A stretch of 53,831 nucleotides of DNA, taken from assembly GCA_016183325.1 (NCBI GenBank), contig JACPEV010000019.1:1-53831 (forward strand), given 5' to 3'. This DNA is from Candidatus Curtissbacteria bacterium (GTDB taxonomy: Bacteria; Patescibacteriota; Microgenomatia; Curtissbacterales; GWA2-41-24). Numbering within the stretch: position 1 is the first letter of the stretch; each line of letters begins with the position of its first letter. The position numbers were made by a program, and so were the translations under genes. A model generated the notes under the pieces. That model saw only the letters and a list, made by a program, of their open reading frames with translations, was not told the origin of the DNA and made no database searches. Shown here in pieces: positions 1-7,821 of this stretch.

Positions 1-3000
1 AATTCCTCCACCTCCGAGGTGAAAGCTGCCTCCACCTCGGAGGTGTCCCTTGGCGGCGGCCATATCGCCGCTGTACAAGGATATCAGTGGCATGTTTTAA
101 ACAAGTCCCAGACCTGGGTGACCAGGGGAGTCAGGACAGAGTATGCAGGAAGCTATGTTATTGAGCGCTCTGGTTGCGAGATCTATGGAGGACTTAAGCA
201 GATTGCCGGATCTGTCTACGGGATTCGAGCCGATGTACTAAGGAAGTTTGGCTGGGGGACAAGTATCACCGAGGACTTCGAACTCACCCTGCGCCTCTAC
301 GAGGCGGGCTACAAGGTGGCCTTTACTCCCTATATCCAGACACCGGCCGAAGCAGTCTCCACCATCAAGCGCTTGATCAGACAGAGAATGCGCTGGGCAG
401 AAGGAGCTTCCTTTAATGTTAAAATAATGCTTCCACGAATCCTCTTCGGCCGTTGGGTAGAGGCGGAGCAATTGATGGTAGATGATGGAAGCTTGAAGGT
501 AGATAATCCAGCATCCACCTTCCAACATCAAAATCCACCCTCCAGTTTCCATCCTCTATCATCAAAAGTCTGGGTGCCTTCGAAGCTGACACTGGCCGAG
601 AAGCTGGAGTTTATATACTTAGCCCCTTATTACCTGCAGGCTGCTTTCTTTGTGGTTGGCACCATATGCTGGTTTTTATCAGAAGCGGTCTTTGGTGCGC
701 GCTTACCCTTCTGGACTGCTGCTTTCGGCTGGTCACTGGTGTTTACCAACTTGCTTGCTCTGCCTCTAATGAACATCATCGGACTGTTTCTGGAAGAATC
801 CGATGAGCGTGACTATGTAGGCATTTTATCCTTCGTGGCCCTTTCCTACATAGTAGTGCCCTTTCAGGCATATGCAGCTATTAAGGGCTTTTTGGAGAGA
901 GAGGAAGGGCCATGGTTCAGAACCCCAAAGACTGGATTGGTGACGGATGTTATAAAGCGCGGCAGATTCCACCGGCTGATTGCAGGAATACTGGGAAAAC
1001 CAGAGCCGGCGGCTGCTCAATTTCTAATTCCTAATTATTCTAATTACTCTAATCAAATCCCAAATCCCAATGACCAAGATAATTTAGGTCAATTAGGAAT
1101 TAGGTCAATTAGGTCAATTTCTCATCCTTATCTTTCCCTCGCTACTGCCCATAATCGCTTCCAAAATTTCCAGATTCGTCCCCGGCATATTCGCTGGGTT
1201 GGTAATTTGGCACTTGGGGTGATAATTTCTATAACTGTCCTTTTGTCCCTTTTTGCACCCTTGATGACGGCAACGACTTCTTATGCCGCGGATCCAATTC
1301 TGAGGACCGTTAGTGATTCTCAAAAAGAGGTCGATCGCGCCAAGATAGATCAAGGGACAGAGGATGGAGGCGAAAAAGGAGAAGAAATTACCACTCCACG
1401 GGCAATCTCCAAAACAACCAAAGGAGGCAAAAAGCTGGAGTTTATCTTCCACGAAGAGGCGCGAGTGCGAGTCAAGTTGGAACATCGAGAGATTGAGTTT
1501 GAGACTGAAAAAGTCTTTGGACAAAGAGTCAATCCCAAACGGTCAAGGATAAAAGCGGATAAAGAGGTAGTTTATGAGGAGATTATTCCAGGGATAGACC
1601 TTAAATACTCGATAACAAACGACTTGTTGGTCGAGGAAGTTATTTTGAAGACGCCTGATGCTGCTGCTCACCTCGGAGGTGTGCCGCAGGCGCAACACCA
1701 CCTCCGAGGTGGAAATGCATCGGAGGTGTCGATAATCCAAACCTTAAGAACTGTTGATGTCAAGGTGGTTTCGCCGGATCCGGGTGCATTCGGTTTCTTT
1801 GCCGATGACGGGAAAGAACTATTTCGCTTTGGCGCACCCTTTGCCAAGGATGCTGGCGGGGCAGTGAGCAACGATCTGAGCTTTACTTTGGACAAACCCT
1901 TCGACTTCGCTCAGGGCTATAGACTGACAAAAACCTTGGGAGAGTCAGCCAAAACCTGGTTAACAGATCCCCAAAGAGCCTATCCAGTCTCAATTGATCC
2001 CTCAGTAATTGTTAGCGGGGGGATTGTTGAGACAGAAACTCAATTTGGCGGATTGCAAAGGAAAATTGTCTATATGTCTGGGGCTAATGGCGGGGCCGCG
2101 TGGTATGCATTCTACAATGATGGAGCAGATGTATTTTATAAAAGGTGTCTAGAGTCATCTGCCTGTGATGAAGCTGCGGATTGGTCTGCTGCCCAGGATT
2201 TGGACACTGGTGACGCAGATAATTATAATCCGACAATTGCGGTTTCCGGCAATTTTATTGTTGTTTTTTGGATTGATCTCAGCGCAAACGCGTATGAGGG
2301 AAGAAGGTTTGATGTTTCAACCGCATTTGCCCATACTTTAGGAACGCTTTGTACTTCTGCTTCACTAGGAACGCTTTCTTCAACATTTATGGTAAGCGTT
2401 GCGCTTCTTGATAATGATACTGGATATGTAGCTTATTCTGATACTTCAAGTGATACTGAATTTGGTGTTGAATTATTTTTTACCCTAAGTGGAATCTGTA
2501 CTACAGCCTCTGCAAATTTTGCCGGACTAACAATTACTAATGATTCTAGGCTTACAGCGGGCGACAGGCCAGTATTGGTTCCTATAAATAGCACGGGTGT
2601 TGACATGATTTTTCAAGACGGAGACTTATCATATAGCAGGTTGCATGATGTAAATTGGTCCAGGCAGAACATCACAATTGCCTCAGTTACAGACAATATC
2701 TATTCAGTTACAACAGACGGTACAACTGTCTGGATTTTGACGGTTTCTGGAACGACAGCAACCAACATGTATAAATGTTGTACTGCGGATATTGTAGAAA
2801 CCCAGGTAGATAGCGATGCCGGAGCAACCGGTCATGATTCGATATCTGATATTGATATGTTTTGTGTGGCAGCAGATGATTGTAAAATTGTCTATACAGA
2901 TGATATTGATACTACACCAACGCTTATTTTTGTTGATTGCAATGATGAAGATTGCTCAACAAAAACAGTAACAACGCTAGATGCAGACATTGGCGACAGT

Positions 3001-4350
3001 CTTGATCAGGCCGGTGCATCTGTATTTTGCGTGACTGATGGGACGAGCGTTAGCGGAAATTGCAAGATTGCCTATGGAGATGATATGGATACAACACCGC
3101 TTTTAAAAGTGATTGATTGTACGAATGATACAGATTGTTCAACGAATACCTCAGGTACTGTTGACACCAATTTGGGAAACGCAGCATCTGTTCTTCATAC
3201 TTCAATTGATTGCCCGGCAGATGACGATTGCAAAATTACCTATAACGATACAGGGTTATCAGACTTTTTCTTTGTTGATTGTTCAACTATTGCTTGTTCA
3301 ACCGGGAATACGGTTACCCAAATTGATAGCGCTTCAGGTACTGCCCCAAGAAGTGACCTGGATTGCTCTGCCGGTGCTGACAACTGTAAATTTGTGTACA
3401 ATGACGCTAATGCGACCGGAGGGTGCGCAGACGCAGATTCTATTTGTTTTGTAGATTGTTCGGCTGCGGAATGTGGGACAGGCAGGACTTTAACAGTTGT
3501 TGATGTAGATGCTGGAGTAACAAATAATGCATCGCCAGTAAGCATTGATTGCGTTGGTGGAGACACTGACTGTAAACTTGTTTATGGCGATGGAACTGAT
3601 GAGGCCATGTACTTTGTTGATTGTGGAGACGCAACCTGTACTGTTGCTAACGCTACAATTCAATCAATTGATAACACAGTCGCAGGCGCAAACACTTCAC
3701 GTAGTTTTGGTGCTGCTATGGATTGCACTCCTGGTGTGGCTGATTGTAAAATTGTTTATCCTGATGATACGGGAAATTCTGTTATCTCTTTTGCCGACTG
3801 TGATGATGCTACCTGCTCTCCCATAGGCTCAACAGAGGTTATACCTGGAGCAAGATTTAATGGAACAATCCAATGCTTGACAACTGCTAATTGTAAGCTA
3901 GCCTACTATGATGGAACTGCCGAAACCGATCCAACAGTCCAATTTTTAGATTGTGACGTAGCAGATTGTCTTCCTTCCGCAACTTCTCTGACAGCTCCAT
4001 GGACAGGACAAACAAATGTTACTTCTGTGTCTTTGTCTCTTGATACAACGAATAACGCGCTTTATGCAAATATTTTAAAAGACACTTCAGAGCAAGCATA
4101 CTTTAAATCAACAGATAAGTCTACGATTTCATGGAGCGCTGAAACATCCTACGCCTTTACAGCCGGGGATCTAGGCCATATCTCGACGCCCGAGAAAGGA
4201 GCAGGTACCACTCAAATTGGAGCGGTGTTGAGACAAGGCGCCAATTTTGAGTTTGCCGTGGTACCAGAGAGGATATGGTTTTTAATGGGAGTATTACCCT
4301 TCTTACCGAGATTATTTAAGAAGATGAAAAGTAGGAGGCGTAATTTATGA
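1..4350 (+). CDS. 5'-truncated processive family-2 glycosyltransferase (cellulose/chitin/hyaluronan-synthase-like) continuing in one ORF into TM segments, a ~1000-aa Cys-rich repeat ectodomain and a VPE-TM-basic C-terminal tail
   Basis: Frame is open to the window edge (no stop in 1-18). ITEDFELTLRL (TED) and QRMRWAEG (QxxRW) motifs. Hydrophobic helices follow the GT core. Signal-anchor-like LALGVIISITVLLSLFAPLMTATTSYAAD. Seven tandem 4-Cys repeats. Tail AVVPERIWFLMGVLPFLPRLFKKMKSRRRNL*. Confidence 0.7.
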   Translation, partial: NSSTSEVKAASTSEVSLGGGHIAAVQGYQWHVLNKSQTWVTRGVRTEYAGSYVIERSGCEIYGGLKQIAGSVYGIRADVLRKFGWGTSITEDFELTLRLYEAGYKVAFTPYIQTPAEAVSTIKRLIRQRMRWAEGASFNVKIMLPRILFGRWVEAEQLMVDDGSLKVDNPASTFQHQNPPSSFHPLSSKVWVPSKLTLAEKLEFIYLAPYYLQAAFFVVGTICWFLSEAVFGARLPFWTAAFGWSLVFTNLLALPLMNIIGLFLEESDERDYVGILSFVALSYIVVPFQAYAAIKGFLEREEGPWFRTPKTGLVTDVIKRGRFHRLIAGILGKPEPAAAQFLIPNYSNYSNQIPNPNDQDNLGQLGIRSIRSISHPYLSLATAHNRFQNFQIRPRHIRWVGNLALGVIISITVLLSLFAPLMTATTSYAADPILRTVSDSQKEVDRAKIDQGTEDGGEKGEEITTPRAISKTTKGGKKLEFIFHEEARVRVKLEHREIEFETEKVFGQRVNPKRSRIKADKEVVYEEIIPGIDLKYSITNDLLVEEVILKTPDAAAHLGGVPQAQHHLRGGNASEVSIIQTLRTVDVKVVSPDPGAFGFFADDGKELFRFGAPFAKDAGGAVSNDLSFTLDKPFDFAQGYRLTKTLGESAKTWLTDPQRAYPVSIDPSVIVSGGIVETETQFGGLQRKIVYMSGANGGAAWYAFYNDGADVFYKRCLESSACDEAADWSAAQDLDTGDADNYNPTIAVSGNFIVVFWIDLSANAYEGRRFDVSTAFAHTLGTLCTSASLGTLSSTFMVSVALLDNDTGYVAYSDTSSDTEFGVELFFTLSGICTTASANFAGLTITNDSRLTAGDRPVLVPINSTGVDMIFQDGDLSYSRLHDVNWSRQNITIASVTDNIYSVTTDGTTVWILTVSGTTATNMYKCCTADIVETQVDSDAGATGHDSISDIDMFCVAADDCKIVYTDDIDTTPTLIFVDCNDEDCSTKTVTTLDADIGDSLDQAGASVFCVTDGTSVSGNCKIAYGDDMDTTPLLKVIDCTNDTDCSTNTSGTVDTNLGNAASVLHTSIDCPADDDCKITYNDTGLSDFFFVDCSTIACSTGNTVTQIDSASGTAPRSDLDCSAGADNCKFVYNDANATGGCADADSICFVDCSAAECGTGRTLTVVDVDAGVTNNASPVSIDCVGGDTDCKLVYGDGTDEAMYFVDCGDATCTVANATIQSIDNTVAGANTSRSFGAAMDCTPGVADCKIVYPDDTGNSVISFADCDDATCSPIGSTEVIPGARFNGTIQCLTTANCKLAYYDGTAETDPTVQFLDCDVADCLPSATSLTAPWTGQTNVTSVSLSLDTTNNALYANILKDTSEQAYFKSTDKSTISWSAETSYAFTAGDLGHISTPEKGAGTTQIGAVLRQGANFEFAVVPERIWFLMGVLPFLPRLFKKMKSRRRNL
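9..45. repeat. two 13-nt GC-rich palindromic units CACCTC(C/G)GAGGTG in frame in the CDS
   Basis: cacctccgaggtg at 9-21 and cacctcggaggtg at 33-45, both preceded by cctc. The same units recur at 1669-1728. Confidence 0.85.
477..563. repeat. AT-rich imperfect palindrome lying in frame inside the GT2 domain
   Basis: GATGATGGAAGCTTGAAGGTAGAT (481-504) matches the reverse complement of 533-563 (GATGATAGAGGATGGAAACTGGAGGGTGGAT). Word content resembles the 7585-7719 palindrome. It adds about 35 aa after the QxxRW motif. Confidence 0.5.
1669..1728. repeat. cluster of CACCTC(C/G)GAGGTG palindromic units in frame in the CDS
   Basis: cacctcggaggtg at 1669-1681, ccacctccgaggtgg at 1698-1712, half unit catcggaggtg at 1718-1728. 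Encodes HLGGVPQAQHHLRGGNASEVS. Confidence 0.85.
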
Positions 4351-4474
4351 AACAAAAACAAACATTCATGAGCTTGCTGAAAACCTCAAGTAATTTTCAC
4401 CACTGCTCTTCGGTTGGAACCAGGGAATGAAAATTTGCGAATTAACTTAGCAAGGCTTACTGGGTTGTAAAGAC

Positions 4475-6382
4475 TTATTGAGAGAAGAGCCGAGACTTGG
4501 GGATTATTTGCTTGGTCTGGGACTGAGAAGACCAGGATAATTGGGCTAATGCATTACCAGTATTTTCAAAGTACTCCATTTTTATGACATATTTCGTATT
4601 AGCATTAAGGGTAATTGTGCCCGACTTTTCGGTGGCAGATTGATAGTTCCAGTTATTAATAATTAACTGATCATTAACCCATAATCTTACTCCATCATCT
4701 GTTAGAGCGTAAAAAGTATATGTTTGAGAATATTGAGGTTGAACAAAACCCTGCCATCTGATTGAGAAAGTATTGGGGTTTACACTTGAATGAGGTCGAC
4801 CTTGACCCCAGTTAAAATTAATTGTCGGATCGACTCTCGTTGCTTTTAAACTTGTAAAGTTTGTTTTGTCATAGTATTTGCCTTTTAGCCCATCACCACT
4901 CAGAGGGGATGGAGAAGGACTTGGAGACGGTGAAGGAGATGGGGAGGGTGTCGGAGAAGGTGTTGGAGTTGGAGTAGTTGCCGGACTCGGACTGGGAGAT
5001 GGGTTCCCTCCAACTCCACCAATCGGAGTGCTGAGTGCTTGTTGCCAACGATCCCAGACAATTCCTTTTGTGTTACCATTGTAGTCTCTTATTCCTATTG
5101 TGCCAAAGGCTTTCCAAAGTATATCTCCCGTAATTGGGCTTGACGGATCTACCTGCCTAAACTGATTATTGGCTTCACACCATAGATCGCCATTGCAAGC
5201 AGAGTAGGAAGGAGGATTAGCAATTGGGTAGCAGGTTGTCATAGTAATTGCCGGCTGTAGATCACGATTTGACCACCAGTTAACAACATCGAAATTTTTC
5301 GTCTGAGCTGTATTTAAAACTAAATCCAGATAATCTCGTTCTTGCTCGAGAGAATATGTTTCTCCACTCCAGCAATTACTTGAATCCAAACGGTAAACTA
5401 AATTATCGGAAAGCCAACCAGTTTCGGCGATAACTGTTTGTTCACCGCCTCTGTCTCCAGCTCGAGTGAAGAAATCATCTGGAATATCGGATGGTATTGC
5501 ATGCCGAGAACCAATTCGATATCCATAAGGATAAGTAGAAACAGCAAATCGATCACGTTTAAGATTGACAAGTGCATCATAGGCAGCTTGATCGAAACCT
5601 GTTAACGAATCATTATAGAAAGATTCAAGGTGAATTGAGGGGAAAACTAGGGCATCGGGTTTAACGCTTTTGACGGCATCGTATGCCTCTCTTTCGACGT
5701 TGACTATGCTGTTCCATCTGCCGGGATAGGTGCTTTCGCAATTTTCCCAAAAAACATTAAACTCAATGGCTACATTAGCATATTTGGGTTGGAATTTGTT
5801 GGTTAACCATTTGACATAATTAATGTAAGCGATTCTTAATTTATATGCTTCTGTGCCAGGTGTTTGGGACTGAGAAAAATCGAAGCAGTCGTATGAGCTT
5901 GGCCATTCTTGAATTACCAGTTGTCCTGCCGAATCGATGGCTTTAGATGCTAACTCCTTTCGGCTGAGGGCAACTTGCAAAAAGACTGGTTTGCCTGTTG
6001 CGGCTGCATCCGCTGCAAAGGTATTCATTGTTGTAGTCCATGGGTGGGATTGAGGTGGGTCAGCAGCTTGGGCAAACTCGTCCCAAGGAATTCCATAGTG
6101 TTCAATAAATATTGAGATGACGTCTACATCATCTGCCAATTGGGACATTGTGTAACCGGACCGCAGATATGTGAAATATGGATCTTGCCCTACTTGAGCC
6201 TGCATGCCTGTTGAGGAGAGGTAGTAGGGTCTTACGGGTTGGCCATAAGATGAAGTTTTTGGAAATAGTTTTGAAAAAAAGCCACCCTGAAAAGGTAGTA
6301 CATATGAGGCTAATAAAAATAAAAGGAGGCCCAAAACTGGGATAAGAATAAAGAAATGTACGACTCCTTTTAGATTACCCAC
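4475..6382 (-). CDS. N-terminally membrane-anchored secreted protein: TIM-barrel glycoside-hydrolase-like domain, Pro/Ser/Thr linker, C-terminal PA14 domain
   Basis: N-terminal hydrophobic helix FFILIPVLGLLLFLLASYVL. The ...AIEFNVFWEN... and VIAETGW motifs are reminiscent of clan GH-A acid/base and nucleophile (weak). PSPSPSPATTPTPTPSPTPSPSPSPSPSPSPSP linker. The C-terminal GLKGKYYD...FSIRWQGF...YTFYALTDDGVRLWVNDQLII...MEYFENTGNA pattern is typical of PA14. Confidence 0.75.
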   Translation of the reverse strand: MGNLKGVVHFFILIPVLGLLLFLLASYVLPFQGGFFSKLFPKTSSYGQPVRPYYLSSTGMQAQVGQDPYFTYLRSGYTMSQLADDVDVISIFIEHYGIPWDEFAQAADPPQSHPWTTTMNTFAADAAATGKPVFLQVALSRKELASKAIDSAGQLVIQEWPSSYDCFDFSQSQTPGTEAYKLRIAYINYVKWLTNKFQPKYANVAIEFNVFWENCESTYPGRWNSIVNVEREAYDAVKSVKPDALVFPSIHLESFYNDSLTGFDQAAYDALVNLKRDRFAVSTYPYGYRIGSRHAIPSDIPDDFFTRAGDRGGEQTVIAETGWLSDNLVYRLDSSNCWSGETYSLEQERDYLDLVLNTAQTKNFDVVNWWSNRDLQPAITMTTCYPIANPPSYSACNGDLWCEANNQFRQVDPSSPITGDILWKAFGTIGIRDYNGNTKGIVWDRWQQALSTPIGGVGGNPSPSPSPATTPTPTPSPTPSPSPSPSPSPSPSPLSGDGLKGKYYDKTNFTSLKATRVDPTINFNWGQGRPHSSVNPNTFSIRWQGFVQPQYSQTYTFYALTDDGVRLWVNDQLIINNWNYQSATEKSGTITLNANTKYVIKMEYFENTGNALAQLSWSSQSQTKQIIPKSRLFSQ

Positions 6383-6551
6383 AGCTTAATCATGTATTTT
6401 TTTCGTGCCGATTGTCAAATTCGATAACGTACTGGATGAATGCAGAATCTCTTGAAGAAAGATTGAAAATTGCGAGAGACGTGAGGAGAGAAGCTGATGA
6501 GGAACACAGGCAGGTTAGCGCAGAAGATTATTCAGATTTGGTTAAAATGCT

Positions 6552-6767
6552 TTGTTTATGGTAGGAATTGTCTACGCGAGAGGTTCAATTTCTCACAAAA
6601 GAAAATTATTTAAATACTTAAATATCTGCTCAACTAATAGAGCACTTTTGGAAGCAATCAAAGTGTTATACGGGGGGAGTGTGATAGAGCATAACGATTC
6701 ACTAAGATTGACAATTGGCAAAAAGTCCGCAACAAGATTATTTTTGAATGCTTCACTACCTGCTTAA
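6552..6767 (+). pseudogene. possible degenerate LAGLIDADG homing-endonuclease fragment
   Basis: FMVGIVYARGSIS...NRALLEAIKVLYGGSVIEHNDSLRLTIGKKSATRLFLNASLP loosely follows the LAGLIDADG half-domain pattern (xxGxxDGDGSI ... LLexIkxxlGG.i ... l.i ... l.p). The acidic residues are lost, and upstream frames are full of stops. Confidence 0.25.
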
Positions 6768-6806
6768 TTATTAGAAAATAGGGGTTAAAACTTATAGGAT
6801 TGATTG

Positions 6807-6992
6807 TTAGCAGATTCTTTCGGCTAATTTTACAGCTAAATACCAAAAAATTATAACATAGACAATGTTCCCTAGCAATGCGAAAATATCATGAGTAGCA
6901 AATATGACTATTATCCATGCTGCTACAAGATTTGTGCAGATTGAAGAAAAGAATTTCACCTGAGCTCTTGTAGGCTCAAAATAAATACTCAA
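6807..6992 (-). CDS. small two-TM membrane protein, unknown function
   Basis: 61-aa hydrophobic ORF divergent from the exosortase gene. Weak similarity (YF.P...Q...(F/I)S.IC.NL) to the ORF at 11317-11523. Confidence 0.4.
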   Translation of the reverse strand: MSIYFEPTRAQVKFFSSICTNLVAAWIIVIFATHDIFALLGNIVYVIIFWYLAVKLAERIC

Positions 6993-7601
6993 ATGAATTC
7001 ACCAATGCGCCAATTTGTCGATAAAGTCCCCTCTGTTTCTAAAGATACCTTCGTTACCCTCTTTTTAATTCTCGTTCTTCTGTTGATGTTTTTTCCCTTC
7101 ATGGCCACGTTTAATGATCTTTTGACGAGAATTGTCATTAACTTCAAGGGCTATTGGTTTATTCGAGAGGTGATTGTGCCTTTTGAGGTAAGGGTGGTTG
7201 CTGTGGTTTTGGCGGCGATGGGTTTTGATGTTGGAGTCACGAAGGAGTATGTGGTTTTGGGAACTTCTGCGCCGTTTATTGCAGAGATTGTTTGGAACTG
7301 CATTGGTTGGCAGTCGATACTGTTTTTTGCTATTACAGCTTTTGTCGGCTTGCAGGGAGATAAATACACGAATTTTTCGAAAGCAAAGGCACTGGTGATC
7401 GGAGCGCTGGGGACATTTTTAATTAATATTTTGCGGATTGTCGTGGTTGTGATCTCTGCCTATTACTTTGGACAGCTACCGGCGACAATTATCCACGATT
7501 ATGGATCGATTTTGGCATTTATTGCTTGGCTCTTTTTCTTTTGGTGGTTTAGTTATGCTTTTGTGCTGGAACAGGCAGAGACTGTAGATGGTAGAAAGTA
7601 G
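6993..7601 (+). CDS. exosortase/archaeosortase-family transpeptidase-like membrane protein
   Basis: Polytopic 202-aa protein. Family-typical Cys/Arg/His constellation: VWNCIGWQS (C-x-G), NILRIVVVV (N-x-x-R), IIHDYGS (H). Trp/Phe-rich last helix WLFFFWWF. Confidence 0.65.
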   Translation: MNSPMRQFVDKVPSVSKDTFVTLFLILVLLLMFFPFMATFNDLLTRIVINFKGYWFIREVIVPFEVRVVAVVLAAMGFDVGVTKEYVVLGTSAPFIAEIVWNCIGWQSILFFAITAFVGLQGDKYTNFSKAKALVIGALGTFLINILRIVVVVISAYYFGQLPATIIHDYGSILAFIAWLFFFWWFSYAFVLEQAETVDGRK

Positions 7602-7667
7602 AAGATAGGAGAATGAGAATAGAGAATGGAAGTTAGATAGAAATAAGTGGAAAACGTTTTGATAATT
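7526..7667. repeat. 142-bp direct repeat, copy 1 (last 24 codons + stop of the exosortase gene plus 66 bp downstream)
   Basis: Read base by base as identical to 10928-11069. Confidence 0.9.
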
Positions 7668-7719
7668 CTATCTTCTAGCTTCCATTTTCAAAAATCAATC
7701 TTCTATTGTCTAGCATCTA
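7585..7719. repeat. AT-rich imperfect palindrome (~135 bp) overlapping the last codons and stop of the exosortase gene
   Basis: Left arm TAGATGGTAGAAAGTAGAAGATAGGAGAATGAGAATAGAGAATGGAAGTTAGATAGAA. Reverse complement of right arm TAGATGCTAGACAATAGAAGATTGATTTTTGAAAATGGAAGCTAGAAGATAGAA. Confidence 0.7.
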
Positions 7720-7729
7720 TTGTCGTTCC

Positions 7730-7792
7730 TCGTACAGTTTCGTGCTGGAAGAGAGAAAGCCTGTAGTTGAAAAGGAAGTTATTAAGGTCTGA
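7730..7792 (+). pseudogene. displaced remnant of an exosortase gene 3' end
   Basis: Translates SYSFVLEERKPVVEKEVIKV*. Compare the live end SYAFVLEQAETVDGRK*. Confidence 0.55.
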
Positions 7793-7821
7793 GTCTCGCC
7801 CCGTAGACACGATACCGCGAC

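Noticed and set aside
3113-3826. Four nested ORFs (3113-3454+, 3240-3566-, 3440-3634-, 3545-3826+) inside the giant gene
   Set aside because: They are alternative frames of a repetitive Asp/Cys/Thr-rich coding region. They have no start context and are fully embedded in a 1443-codon ORF with clear domain content.
4878-5084. ORF encoding GEG/GDG repeats on the plus strand
   Set aside because: It is the mirror image of the PSPSPS linker codons of the minus-strand PA14 protein, so it is an antisense artefact.
6488-6520. CTGATGAG at ~6493 as a hammerhead ribozyme core
   Set aside because: There is no downstream CGAAA/GAAAC box and no three-stem arrangement around it.
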